Part shown: positions 41,618 to 51,123 of the stretch, piece by piece
Numbering within the stretch: position 1 is the stretch's first letter
Layout of the letters: every line of letters starts with the position of its first letter
Assembly (NCBI GenBank): GCA_035516595.1
Contig: DATJAE010000273.1
Coordinates: forward strand, 5,015-69,014
Reading direction: 5' to 3'
Length of the DNA: 64,000 nucleotides
DNA from: Kofleriaceae bacterium
GTDB taxonomy: Bacteria > Myxococcota_A > Polyangia > Haliangiales > Haliangiaceae
Notes under the pieces: model-generated
Databases searched by the model: none
What the model was told of the DNA's origin: nothing
What the model saw: only the letters and a program-made list of their open reading frames with translations
Translations under genes and position numbers: made by a program

Positions 41618-42436
41618 ATGACCGCTCGCATCCTCATCGGGCTCGCGCTCGCCACGGGCTGCATGCCCACCACCCAGCAGCTCGCCCGCGGCGTCGTGCC
41701 CGTGGGGGGCCGCGTCCACGTCCGGATCACCGCGGACGATGGCAGCGTCAACGTGGTCGGCGCCGACCTCGCACAGGTCGAGATGACCGTGACCGCCGCC
41801 GGCTACGCTCGCGACGACCTCGAGCTCGGGATGACCCCGAGCGGCGGCGTCGTCGACATCGTCGCGAAGATCCGCCATCACGTGCTGCGCTCGCGCACCT
41901 ACCTGCAGGTCGACGTTCGCGTGCCGCGCGACGCCGAGGTCGAGATCCGCTCGGGCGACGGCGCGGTGTCGGCGACCGCGATCGCGGGCGGCCTGGAGAT
42001 CACGACCGGCGACGGCGCGGTCGACGTCCGACGGGCCTGGGGGCGGATCGCGCTGCACAGCGGCGACGGCTCGATCGACGGCCACGAGCTCGACGGCGCG
42101 GTGTCGGCGACCTCCGGCGACGGCAGCATCGAGCTCGACGGTCGATTCGACCGGCTCGCGGTGCAAAGCGGCGACGGCGAGCTGCGGGCCAGTGCGCGGC
42201 CGGGCTCGCGCGTGTTGGCGCCGTGGGACCTGAACACCGGCGATGGCTCGGTCGCGCTGGTCTTGCCGCGCGGCCTTGCGGCCCACGTCGACGTCGCCAC
42301 CCACGACGGCAGCCTGCGCACGACGTTTCCGCTCGATCGGCGCGACGCGTCGCATGCCGCCGGCGATCTCAACGGCGGCGGGCCGCCGATCGTGGTCCGC
42401 ACCGGCGACGGGTCGATCCGCCTCGACGCGATCTGA
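41618..42436 (+). CDS. DUF4097-type beta-strand repeat lipoprotein (putative adhesin-like)
   Basis: The ATG at 41618 gives MTARILIGLALATGC (lipobox). GDG[AS][VI] repeats recur (SGDGAVSA, TGDGAVDV, SGDGSIDG, SGDGSIEL, TGDGSVAL, TGDGSIRL). Confidence 0.8.
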   Translation: MTARILIGLALATGCMPTTQQLARGVVPVGGRVHVRITADDGSVNVVGADLAQVEMTVTAAGYARDDLELGMTPSGGVVDIVAKIRHHVLRSRTYLQVDVRVPRDAEVEIRSGDGAVSATAIAGGLEITTGDGAVDVRRAWGRIALHSGDGSIDGHELDGAVSATSGDGSIELDGRFDRLAVQSGDGELRASARPGSRVLAPWDLNTGDGSVALVLPRGLAAHVDVATHDGSLRTTFPLDRRDASHAAGDLNGGGPPIVVRTGDGSIRLDAI

Positions 42437-42441
42437 GGGGA

Positions 42442-43359
42442 ATGTCGCGCGGAGGCCGCGCGTTACCGTCCATCGTGGCGCGCGCGTTCGCGATCGTGAT
42501 GGCCGTGCTGGTCGCGTGCGATCAGGGCAGGCCGCCGCCGCCGGCGCCCGCCGGGACCGCGCAGGACGGCGAGCTGGCCTACCTGCCCGGCGAGACCGAT
42601 CTGGTGGTGCGGCTCGACCTCCCCCGGTTGCGCGCGAGCAAGCTGTGGCCGACCTACGAGGGCGAGGTCGCACGGCTCGTGATCCCGTTCACGGTCGGGT
42701 GCGGCTACCAGCCCCTCGACGAGGCGGCGTCGCTCGTGTTCGGTATCCAGGTGGCGGCGGCGGGGCCGGCGCGCAGCGTGCTGCGGGGCATCGATCGCGA
42801 GAAGCTGCGGCGATGCCTGCTCGCGCTCTATCCGGCGTGGAGCGTCACGTTCGAGGGCGATGTCACCAGGGTCGACGGCGCGGGCGGTGCCTACGCGCTG
42901 AGCTTCGTCGATCCGACGACGCTGGTGATGCAGGGCGGCCGTGATGCCCGCAAGCCGGTGGCGATCCAGATCGTGCGCGATGCGCCGCTCGCCCGCGATG
43001 CCGCGCTGAGCCGCGTGCTGCACGCGCTGCCGCACGCCGGGGTGACGCTGGCTTCGCGCCCCGGCAGCGCGGCGGTCGCCGAGTCGTGGAAGCAGCTGGG
43101 CGTCCACCTCGAGTCGCTCTCCGGCCATCTCGACCTCGACACGCAGCTGACGGTCGAGGTCTCGCTCGTGCTGGGCACGAGCGACGAGGCCAAGCAGCTG
43201 ACCGAGGTCGTGGGGGACCAGCTCGGCAGCGAGAGCTTCAAGTCACTGTTCGATCGGATCGGCGTGACCGTCCACGGTGAGACGTCCACGCTCGACCTCG
43301 CGCTCGGCGAGGACAAGCTCGCGAAGCTCGTCGCGATGTACGCCAGCCTGTGGCGGTGA
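42442..43359 (+). CDS. hypothetical lipoprotein
   Basis: The ATG at 42442 gives ...AFAIVMAVLVACDQG (lipobox). 305 aa with good codon bias. Confidence 0.65.
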   Translation: MSRGGRALPSIVARAFAIVMAVLVACDQGRPPPPAPAGTAQDGELAYLPGETDLVVRLDLPRLRASKLWPTYEGEVARLVIPFTVGCGYQPLDEAASLVFGIQVAAAGPARSVLRGIDREKLRRCLLALYPAWSVTFEGDVTRVDGAGGAYALSFVDPTTLVMQGGRDARKPVAIQIVRDAPLARDAALSRVLHALPHAGVTLASRPGSAAVAESWKQLGVHLESLSGHLDLDTQLTVEVSLVLGTSDEAKQLTEVVGDQLGSESFKSLFDRIGVTVHGETSTLDLALGEDKLAKLVAMYASLWR

Positions 43360-43362
43360 GCG

Positions 43363-43899
43363 CTACTTCTTGCGGTTGTAGATTCCGGTCAGCTTCGCCT
43401 TGCCGATCGAGTTGGCCATGACGTTGAAGCCGACGAACGCCGCGGTCGCGTTGGCCGGCAGGTCGAGCTTGTCGACCTTGAGCGCGAACAGCGTGAACTG
43501 GTAGTGATGGTTTCCGCTGCCCGCGGGCGGGCACGGCCCGCCCCAGCCGGGCACGCCGAAGTCGGTGTTGCCCTGCACCGCGCCGGTGGGCACCGGCCCG
43601 CCGCCGGGGATCGACGTCGCCGACGCCGGGATGTTGTAGACGACCCAGTGCCACCAGCCCGAGCCGGTCGGCGCGTCGGGGTCGTACACCATCAGCGCGA
43701 AGCTCTTGGTGTCCTTCGGTGGATTCGACCACTCGAGCTCGGGCGACACGTTGCCGCCGGTGCAGCCGAAGCTGTTGAACACCTGCTTGTCGGAGATCGC
43801 GCCGCCCTCCTTGAAGTCCTTGCTGGTGAGCTTGAACGGTGCGGCGGCCGCGGTCGCGGCAAACAGTGCGAGCGAGAGATACGTGGCGATGGTCTTCAT
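43363..43899 (-). CDS. YbhB/YbcL-family PEBP (Raf-kinase-inhibitor-like) periplasmic protein
   Basis: 178-aa ORF with a signal peptide. PEBP blocks are LMVYDPDAPTGSGWWHWVVYNIP and GPCPPAGSGNHHYQFTLFAL. Confidence 0.92.
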   Translation of the reverse strand: MKTIATYLSLALFAATAAAAPFKLTSKDFKEGGAISDKQVFNSFGCTGGNVSPELEWSNPPKDTKSFALMVYDPDAPTGSGWWHWVVYNIPASATSIPGGGPVPTGAVQGNTDFGVPGWGGPCPPAGSGNHHYQFTLFALKVDKLDLPANATAAFVGFNVMANSIGKAKLTGIYNRKK

Positions 43900-43913
43900 G
43901 GCGGTCTCCTACG

Positions 43914-45128
43914 TTATCGAACGAAGCCCTTGTGGGCATCCGTCTGGATCCGGAAGATGCGAAAGTTGGGCGCGGGGCCGTCGAACCGGATCGCGCCGGC
44001 GAACCCGCGGTTCAGGTGGTTCGTGCTGATGTAGAGCCCGCCGCGATCGTCCCAGGTCAGCGAGTCGGGCCACGCGAAGTCCGGGCCCGACGCGATCGCG
44101 CGCAGCGCGCCGGTCGCGGGATCGAGCACGTCGACCTCGTCCTTGCCGAGGTTGGTCGCGTAGATCCGGCCGCGGTCGTCGGCGGCCAGGCCGTCGCTGC
44201 CGCCGCCGATCCGGCGCGGCCCGTGGATCGCGGCCGCGATCTGCTGCGGCGTCGCGCGCGGATCGAGCAGCACCCGGGTCGGCGCGTCGTAGATCGCGTC
44301 GCCGGTCGTGATGCTCCAGTACAGCCGCGCCCCGTCGGGCGATAGCGCGATCCCGTTGATCCCGACCGCGAGCCGCCCGCCCGGCAGCACCCGCTCGCCC
44401 TCGACGTACAGCGTGCGCGCCGGATCGTCCTGCACGTGCGGATCGCGATCGAGGACGCGGCGCGCGCGGTTGTCGGCGAGGCTATAGATGATGATCCCGC
44501 TCGCGGTGGGCGACCCGGCGCGGTTGCCGCTGTCGGAGATGTACGCGACGCCGCGCCGCTCGTCGACCGCGAGGTCGTTGAGGAACGAGGTCTTGCGATC
44601 GGCGACGTCGTCGGGGAACGCGTAGCGCGCGAGCTCGCGGCCGGTGTCCAGATCGATCACGACCAGCTTCTGCGCGCCGTCGGGCGTGGGATCGATCCCC
44701 GCGACCCAGCCCATGTCGAGGATCCACATCCGGTTCCGGCTGTCGACGTCGACCCCGAGCACGCTGCGCAGCGCGCGCGGATCGCCGAGGTCGTTGGCCT
44801 GCCAGCTGGGGAACGGCCGCAGCACCGGCTTGCCATCGCGCCGCACGACCTCGGACAGCGTCGCGGGGACGCGCGCGTCGAGCCAGCGCGGCGTGGTCAC
44901 GAACACCCGGCCGCGGCGGTCGATGTCGACACCGGCGAGCAGCGTCTTCTCGTACACGCCGTCGCGCTCGTACGCGCGGGCCGCGTCGGCGCTCGGAAAG
45001 TCGTACGCGACGCGCGTCCACGCGTAGACCAGCTCGGGTCGCCCGAACGCCGGGGCGGGCGCGGTCGGGGTCGCGAGCGAGCCGCCGCAGCCGGCGAGCG
45101 CGGCGAGCGAGAGCATCCACCGGGTCAT
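43914..45128 (-). CDS. major royal jelly protein / yellow family lipoprotein
   Basis: The ATG at 45128 (alternative 45140) gives MTRWMLSLAALAGCGG. The MRJP-like six-blade propeller pattern includes VDIDRRGRVFVT, RMWILDMG, FLNDLAVD, GINGIALSPDG and LYISTNHL. Confidence 0.88.
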   Translation of the reverse strand: MTRWMLSLAALAGCGGSLATPTAPAPAFGRPELVYAWTRVAYDFPSADAARAYERDGVYEKTLLAGVDIDRRGRVFVTTPRWLDARVPATLSEVVRRDGKPVLRPFPSWQANDLGDPRALRSVLGVDVDSRNRMWILDMGWVAGIDPTPDGAQKLVVIDLDTGRELARYAFPDDVADRKTSFLNDLAVDERRGVAYISDSGNRAGSPTASGIIIYSLADNRARRVLDRDPHVQDDPARTLYVEGERVLPGGRLAVGINGIALSPDGARLYWSITTGDAIYDAPTRVLLDPRATPQQIAAAIHGPRRIGGGSDGLAADDRGRIYATNLGKDEVDVLDPATGALRAIASGPDFAWPDSLTWDDRGGLYISTNHLNRGFAGAIRFDGPAPNFRIFRIQTDAHKGFVR

Positions 45129-45290
45129 GCGCGCCACCATAACGGCAATCGGACGCGCGCACTGTCGTCCGCGCGACACCGGTTTGCGTGCAGGCGACAG
45201 CTCGGCCAGGGCGGCATCACGCGGCAAGGCGCGCCGGCCTCGCCATTCGGGGAGGCTCGCGATCGATCCGGGCGCGCTAGCGTCGTGCTC

Positions 45291-46055
45291 ATGAAACTCA
45301 CCGGCAGGACGATTCTCATCACCGGCGGCAGCAGCGGCATCGGCCTCGCGCTCGCCAAGCGGTTCGTCGAGCTCGGCAACGAGGTCATCATCACCGGCCG
45401 CAATCGCGCGCGGCTCGACGCGGCCAGGCAGGCCACCCCGCAGCTCCAGGTGCTGTGCAGCGACGCGGCGGACCCGGTGGCGATCGCCGAGCTCGCGCGC
45501 ACGGTCAAGCACGCTCATCCCGAGCTCGACGTGCTGGTCAACAACGCGGGGGTGATGACGTACCGCAACCTGGCGCACCCGGGCGAGGACCTCGCCGGCT
45601 TGACCTCGGAGGTGGACACCAACGTGGCCGGCCCGGTCCGGCTGGTGGCGGCGCTGATCGAGCAGCTCCAGGCGAACCACGGGACGATCATCAACGTGTC
45701 GTCGGGGCTGGCGTTCGTGCCGCTGACTGCCGCGCCGATCTACTCGGCGACCAAGGCGTTCATGCACGCGTACACGATCACGTTGCGCCAGCAGCTCGCC
45801 CCGCATGGCGTCGAGGTGATCGAGCTGATGCCGCCGGCGGTGCGGACCGAGCTCGCGGCCTACCCCGACGATCCGAGCTTCAAGGTGATCTCGACCGACG
45901 AGCTGGTCGCGCGGACGTTCAAGGCCCTCCACAAGGGCAAGCTCGAGATCTGCCCCGGGCAGGCCGGCGGGCTGCGTTTCATGTCGCGCATGGCGCCGGG
46001 CTTCATCCGCGGCGTGCTCGAGAAGGGCTCGCGGAGCCTGATTCCGGGAACGTAG
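45291..46055 (+). CDS. short-chain dehydrogenase/reductase (SDR) family oxidoreductase
   Basis: The ATG at 45291 precedes TGGSSGIG (cofactor motif), NNAG and YSATKAFMH (catalytic YxxxK). Confidence 0.92.
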   Translation: MKLTGRTILITGGSSGIGLALAKRFVELGNEVIITGRNRARLDAARQATPQLQVLCSDAADPVAIAELARTVKHAHPELDVLVNNAGVMTYRNLAHPGEDLAGLTSEVDTNVAGPVRLVAALIEQLQANHGTIINVSSGLAFVPLTAAPIYSATKAFMHAYTITLRQQLAPHGVEVIELMPPAVRTELAAYPDDPSFKVISTDELVARTFKALHKGKLEICPGQAGGLRFMSRMAPGFIRGVLEKGSRSLIPGT

Positions 46056-46080
46056 ATGGAACGGCGGTGTCACAGTCGCG

Positions 46081-47067
46081 ATGCGCGCTCTCCTCGTGCT
46101 CGCGATCATCGGCGGTGAAGCGGCGGCCGCGCCGTGCGAGTATCCAGCGCCGCCCGCCGCGCCGGCGCCCCCGGCCGCGGCGAGCTGTCACCGGCCGCCG
46201 CCCGCCACCGCGCGCACCGTGACCGCCGCGATCGCGAAGGGCTTCGAGCCGGAGCATCCCGGCGGCAAGGCGAAGATCGAGTACGGCTGCGACGGGCTCG
46301 GCGATGGCATCCGCGAGATCGTGGTCGAGACCGGCAGCGGCCATGGCGGCACGCTGTCGCTGTGGCGGGCGCGGCGCGCCGGCGACGGCCGCTACGACGT
46401 GATCGGCATCGCGTATCGCGGCGACAGCATGATCGCCGACGCCAAGGAGCCGCCGTTCGAGCTGGTCACCGGCACGGTCGCGCTGCCCGACCTCGCGCGC
46501 GTCCGCGCCGCCATCACCGCGACGATCGGCGAGGACGATCCGCCGCTGCCGCCCGGCACGATCGCCGGGATCACCGCGTCGTTCAGCTCCAACGACTTCC
46601 ACGTGCTGATCCGGCTGGTCGACGACGATGGCCGGGCGGTCGAGCGCCGCTTCACCGGCTACGGCAGCAACATGGACCAGGGCAAGTATCTCGGCCTGCG
46701 TGCCGCCGAGCCGGCGCTCGCTCCGATCACGTCGCTCGCCTCCGCGCCGGGTGCGCCGACCGCCGAGGCGCGCGCGCTGTTCGCCGAGCGCTTCGTCGCG
46801 GCGGCGCCGGCGTTCGACGACGAGTTCTACTGGTGGGTCAAGGAGGACTTCGTCACTCTCGCGCGTTATCTGGGGACGCCGCCGGTGATCCCGGGCCTGG
46901 TCACGCGGCTCCGCGTGACCGGCAAGAAGCCGGATCGCTCGCAGGTCGACACCCGCAAGGCAGCGATCGCCGCGCTGGCCGCGATCACCGGGTGGGACGC
47001 GCGCCGCGACACCGGGACGGTCGACGCCGCGGCGGCGCGCTACCTCGCGGCGTGTCACGAGCGCTGA
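46081..47067 (+). CDS. secreted hypothetical protein
   Basis: 328-aa ORF with a short signal peptide and a Pro/Ala-rich linker. Codon bias is normal and no domain is recognised. Confidence 0.65.
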   Translation: MRALLVLAIIGGEAAAAPCEYPAPPAAPAPPAAASCHRPPPATARTVTAAIAKGFEPEHPGGKAKIEYGCDGLGDGIREIVVETGSGHGGTLSLWRARRAGDGRYDVIGIAYRGDSMIADAKEPPFELVTGTVALPDLARVRAAITATIGEDDPPLPPGTIAGITASFSSNDFHVLIRLVDDDGRAVERRFTGYGSNMDQGKYLGLRAAEPALAPITSLASAPGAPTAEARALFAERFVAAAPAFDDEFYWWVKEDFVTLARYLGTPPVIPGLVTRLRVTGKKPDRSQVDTRKAAIAALAAITGWDARRDTGTVDAAAARYLAACHER

Positions 47068-48591
47068 TCACGGCCGCAGCACGAACGTGTCGCGAAGCCC
47101 GACGCGGCCGCGCAGCAGCGAGTCGGGCGCCGCGCCGTCGATCAGGACGATCCCGTGCTGGCCGGGCGGGAGCTCGGCGATGCCGGAGGTCGTCACGGCC
47201 GTGCCGAGCTGGACCGCGAGGACGAGCGCCGGCGCGACCTCGGCCGGCTGGTCGGCGTGCGCCGGACGCAGCCAGACCAGCTCGTCGACCTCGCCGATCG
47301 AATCGCGACCCGGCGCGAGCGAGATCGGATCCGGCCCCGCATTGTCGATCGCGAGCTCGAGCGCGCAGCTGGTCGCGTCGATCGAGCTGCCGGCCGGGCC
47401 GAGCCGCGCGCGCAGCGCGTCGCCGCACACGCGGCCGGTGCGGGTCAGCGTCATGTGGTCGGCGTGCACCGGCTTGTCGGTCGCCACCAGCTTCCGGATC
47501 GCGGCGTCGAGCCGCGCGCGCCACGCGCTGGCCGCGGCATCGAGCCGCACCACGCGCAGCGCGAGCTCGGAGTCGTTCCAGCCGAGCCACATCGCGGCGC
47601 GCTCGGCGTGCACGCGGGCGTCCTCGATCGACGGGCTCAGGTCGCCGCGGCTGCTCGACAGGTCCGGCTGCTCGCGGCCGGCCGCGACCAGGCCGCGATC
47701 GACCGCCGCGAGCTCGCGGCGCGAGCGCTCGAGCGCGACCGCGTGCGGCACGACGACGCACTCGATCGTCTCGCCGCCGCTGCCGCCGAACGCCGGCGAG
47801 TTGCCGTCGTAGCGCAGCTGCGCGAACGGGCTTCCCGAGGCGGGGCTGTCGGCCGCGAACGCGATCGCATCGCCGGCGCGCAGCGCGACGTCGGCGCGCA
47901 GGAACGTGCCGGTGCCGCTCCGGTCGAGCCGCGGCCCGGGCGCGCACCGGCCGGCGACCCGCAGCGTCGTCGCCGGCGTGCCGAGGCCGGTGACCTGGCA
48001 GGCGAGGGTCGCGTGCGGGTCGTCGCCCGGATGCCACGGCTCGCGCAGCGAGTCGTAGTCCCACACCAGGCGTTCGGGCGCCAGCCACGCCGGCGCGCCC
48101 GGCGGGGCGAGCGGGGGACAGCCATTCCAGTGCCGCACGCACTGGCCGTTCTCGAGCTCGCACTCCTCGTGCGTCGCGCAGCGCTCGGACGCCCGGCACG
48201 CCGCGACCTCGCTCGCGGCGCAGCCGACGTCGTAAGAATTGCGCGCGCACTGCCCGCGCTCGCGGCACAGCTTCGATTGCCGGCAGTCCCGGTCGGTGGT
48301 CGCGGCGCACTCGAGCGTCGAGTCGAGCCCGAGGAAGCTGCTCCGCGGGATCGCGGAGCACTCGCCGCGCTCGGCGCAGCCGGCGCTGGCACGGCAGTCG
48401 TCGTCGATCTGCGCGTAGTGCTCGTCGACGCAGTAGCCGCGCCGGCAGGTCTCGTGCGACGGGCAGTCGGATGGCTCGGTGCACGGCTCGACCCGGCCGT
48501 TGCACGAGCAGCCGGGATTGCAGCCGCGCATGCACGCCGGCAGCGCGATCGCGAGCACGAGCAGACGGAAGGCACGCATGTCGCGCAGCAT
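47068..48591 (-). CDS. Cys-rich hypothetical lipoprotein
   Basis: 507-aa ORF with the lipobox IALPAC. About 150 aa carry more than 25 Cys in repeated Cx(n)C patterns, followed by a Cys-poor domain. Confidence 0.7.
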   Translation of the reverse strand: MLRDMRAFRLLVLAIALPACMRGCNPGCSCNGRVEPCTEPSDCPSHETCRRGYCVDEHYAQIDDDCRASAGCAERGECSAIPRSSFLGLDSTLECAATTDRDCRQSKLCRERGQCARNSYDVGCAASEVAACRASERCATHEECELENGQCVRHWNGCPPLAPPGAPAWLAPERLVWDYDSLREPWHPGDDPHATLACQVTGLGTPATTLRVAGRCAPGPRLDRSGTGTFLRADVALRAGDAIAFAADSPASGSPFAQLRYDGNSPAFGGSGGETIECVVVPHAVALERSRRELAAVDRGLVAAGREQPDLSSSRGDLSPSIEDARVHAERAAMWLGWNDSELALRVVRLDAAASAWRARLDAAIRKLVATDKPVHADHMTLTRTGRVCGDALRARLGPAGSSIDATSCALELAIDNAGPDPISLAPGRDSIGEVDELVWLRPAHADQPAEVAPALVLAVQLGTAVTTSGIAELPPGQHGIVLIDGAAPDSLLRGRVGLRDTFVLRP

Positions 48592-48649
48592 GGGGCCAGC
48601 GCGTCGCCGGCTCCACGGAACGCGCGGGAAATCACCGGAAGTGGCGCCC

Positions 48650-48665
48650 GCGATACATGTATCGC
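48650..48665. promoter_or_regulatory. 16-bp perfect palindrome, candidate operator
   Basis: GCGATACATGTATCGC equals its own reverse complement. It lies in the divergent intergenic region between the Cys-rich lipoprotein gene and the TetR gene. Confidence 0.5.
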
Positions 48666-48709
48666 CCGCGCCTCACGGCGTGATCTGCGGCGCGTCCGCC
48701 GGGCTTGAT

Positions 48710-48724
48710 GTATACACTGTATAC
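48710..48724. promoter_or_regulatory. 15-bp AT-rich palindrome abutting the TetR start, candidate TetR operator
   Basis: GTATACA-C-TGTATAC has 7-bp perfect arms. It shares the TACA/TGTA core with the palindrome at 48650. Confidence 0.55.
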
Positions 48725-49306
48725 TTGGCCGCCGCCCCGACCGCCGACCGGATCGCCGCCGCCGCCCGGCGCATCCTCGACAGGCACGGCAGCGAGGCGG
48801 TGACGATGCGCCGCGTCGCGCAGGCGGTGGGCATCACGGCGATGGCGATCTATCGCCACTTCCCGGACCGCGCGGCGCTGCTCGACGCGCTGGCCGATGC
48901 TGGCTTTCGCGAGCTGTCGGCGTCGCTGCGCGGCAAGCGCTTCACCGGGGATGTCGAGACCCGCCTGTTCAAGATGGCGGACATCCATCTCGATCACGCG
49001 CTCGCCCATCCGAAGCTGTTCGAGCTGATGTTCCTGACCAGGCGCGCCGGCGCGCGCCGCTACCCGCAGGACTTCAAGGCGCGGCGGTCGCCGACCGCGA
49101 CGCTCACCGCCGACGTGGTCGCCGAGGGCATGGCGAGCGGCGAGCTCCGGCGCGACGACCACTGGGAGATCACGTTCGAGATCGGCGCGATCTCGCACGG
49201 CCTCATCATGCTGTTCCTCGGCGGGCGCATCGCGCTGACGCCCGAGCGGTTCCGCGCGCTGTACCGGCGCACCTTCCGGAGGTACCTCGATGGCATCCGC
49301 GCGTGA
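48725..49306 (+). CDS. TetR/AcrR-family transcriptional regulator
   Basis: The HTH block reads RIAAAARRILDRHGSEAVTMRRVAQAVGITAMAIYRHFPDRAALLDAL. The start is uncertain, either TTG 48725 or GTG 48680. Confidence 0.85.
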   Translation: MAAAPTADRIAAAARRILDRHGSEAVTMRRVAQAVGITAMAIYRHFPDRAALLDALADAGFRELSASLRGKRFTGDVETRLFKMADIHLDHALAHPKLFELMFLTRRAGARRYPQDFKARRSPTATLTADVVAEGMASGELRRDDHWEITFEIGAISHGLIMLFLGGRIALTPERFRALYRRTFRRYLDGIRA

Positions 49307-49513
49307 CGTCAAGCGCCTCGGGCTCGGGCTTTGCGCCGTGCACGCCGCGCCGTTCTCGACACTGCTGGTCCGCGTGCCACAAAGTCACGACGCACGGTGT
49401 TCGTGTGCCTCGGTGACTGGTTCGCGTGGGTCGCCGTGGCGATCCTGGCGTTGCTGTTCGTGCGGCTCGCTCGCCGGGAATGATCGGCTCGCTTCGTGCA
49501 CTATGTCCTCGCC

Positions 49514-50146
49514 ATGTCGCGCGCCTGGTTGCTGGTGATCGCCGCCGCTTGCTCGTCTGGCTCGCCGAAAGACGATGCCACCCACATCCGATTCGACCGT
49601 CGCGACGCGTCGCTCGCCGGCGATCCGGTGCTGCGCAACGCGCTCGCCGTGATCGGCGTGCCGGTCTCGGGCAAGGCGACCGTCGCGATCTCGATCGACG
49701 TCCCGCACGACCGCGGGGTCGAGGACTACGCGCGCGCGACCGGGTCGATCCGGATCAGCTGCACCGCCTGCCAGCTCGGCGACGATCGCGCGAAGATCTC
49801 GACCGCGTTCGGCGATGTCGACTTCGGCCATCTCGCGGTCGGCAAGCTCGACGTCGCGGTCGACCTCGCGAACGGCAAGGCGACGGTGTCGCGCTGGGTG
49901 TTCGAGTCGCCCGACCTCGCGCTCGCGCTGAAGCTCCAGCTCGAGCTCGCGCCGAAGCTCGGCGACTCCAAGGTCGACGGCTGCATCCGGTTCCATCCCG
50001 CCGCCGATCTCGTCACGCGCGCGCCCCGGACCTACGCGGTGATCGAGACCACCGGCGCGGAGCTGCGCGGCGACGGCAACTTCCACATCAAGCTCGCGGG
50101 CACGCTCGACCAGATGAAGCGGCTCAACCTCGAGTGCGGGCCGTGA
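49514..50146 (+). CDS. hypothetical lipoprotein
   Basis: MSRAWLLVIAAACSSG (lipobox). An alternative ATG lies at 49496. About 210 aa with normal codon bias. Confidence 0.7.
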   Translation: MSRAWLLVIAAACSSGSPKDDATHIRFDRRDASLAGDPVLRNALAVIGVPVSGKATVAISIDVPHDRGVEDYARATGSIRISCTACQLGDDRAKISTAFGDVDFGHLAVGKLDVAVDLANGKATVSRWVFESPDLALALKLQLELAPKLGDSKVDGCIRFHPAADLVTRAPRTYAVIETTGAELRGDGNFHIKLAGTLDQMKRLNLECGP

Positions 50147-50147
50147 C

Positions 50148-50513
50148 TCAGCGCGGCGCGAGCTCGATCTTCTGGCGCCGCGCCTCGTCCTTGATCTTCT
50201 CGATCAACGCCTTGGCCCTGGCGTCGTAGGGCGACGGACCAGCCTTGATCGCCGCGTTGCACGCGGTGATCGCGTCGCCGAACTTGCCTTCCTGATCGAG
50301 CGAGTCGCACAGGTTGTAGAAGTAGCGCGGCTCGGGGACGCGCGCGGCCGCGTCGCGGAACTTCTCCGAGGCCTGCGCCGGCTTCTTGGCGGCGAGCAGC
50401 TTCTCGCCCTCGGCGTTCTCGCGCGCGGCGATCGAGGCCTGCGAGTCGGCGCGTGCGCGGCCGGCGGCGAGCGCGAGCGCGACCAGGACGGCGGCGCGAC
50501 CGGAGATCGACAT
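50148..50513 (-). CDS. small secreted TPR-like helical protein
   Basis: The ATG at 50513 (alternative 50525) gives MSISGRAAVLVALALAAGRARA. A helical hairpin-like sequence follows (FYNLCDSLDQEGKFGDAITACNAAIK). Confidence 0.6.
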   Translation of the reverse strand: MSISGRAAVLVALALAAGRARADSQASIAARENAEGEKLLAAKKPAQASEKFRDAAARVPEPRYFYNLCDSLDQEGKFGDAITACNAAIKAGPSPYDARAKALIEKIKDEARRQKIELAPR

Positions 50514-50541
50514 GGCGTCGAGCATGCCATATGGTGTGGCG

Positions 50542-51087
50542 ATGTCGGGAGCGTTCGCGATCCGCGAGCTCGATCGCGAGCGCGACCGCGCCGGGGTCCT
50601 GGCGATCGACACCGCGTTCGAGACCGCGACGGTGTTCGACCTGGTGACCACCCCGCGCCGGATCGAGCTGGTCGAGCGCCGGCTCGAGCGCCCGCTCGCG
50701 AAGCGCTACTCGATCGCCGAGGTGTTCGCGCCGTGGGCGCAGTGGGAGCGCGGCTGGGTGGCCGAGGCCGGCGGCGCGATCCGCGGGTTCGCGACCGTCG
50801 AGCACGAGCCGTGGCACCAGCGCCTCGTGCTGTGGTTCCTCTACATCGCGCCCGAGTGGCGCCGGCGCGGCGTCGGGCGCGCGTTGCTCGCGGAGGTCGA
50901 GAGCCACGGGCGCGAGCTCGGCGCGAGCCACGTCTGGCTCGAGACCAGCAACGTCAACGTGCCGGGCGTCGCGGCATACGAGCGGCTGGGCTACGAGCTG
51001 TGCGGCGCCGACCGGCTGTACTACGGGCGCTACATGCCCGGCGAGACCGCGATCTACCTCGCCAAGCTGCTCGGCCCGACGCGCTAG
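50542..51087 (+). CDS. GNAT-family N-acetyltransferase
   Basis: Acetyl-CoA binding block LYIAPEWRRRGVGRALLAEVE and C-terminal NVPGVAAYERLGYEL. Alternative in-frame starts lie at 50512 and 50524. Confidence 0.88.
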   Translation: MSGAFAIRELDRERDRAGVLAIDTAFETATVFDLVTTPRRIELVERRLERPLAKRYSIAEVFAPWAQWERGWVAEAGGAIRGFATVEHEPWHQRLVLWFLYIAPEWRRRGVGRALLAEVESHGRELGASHVWLETSNVNVPGVAAYERLGYELCGADRLYYGRYMPGETAIYLAKLLGPTR

Positions 51088-51123
51088 CGGGAATGCGGCG
51101 GCGCGGTCGCGCGTCGATCTGGC

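Noticed and set aside
49290-49538. 82-aa ORF in the gap after the TetR gene
   Set aside because: The translation is Cys/Ser/Arg-rich with no signal or motif. It also overlaps the TetR stop and the start of the next lipoprotein gene.
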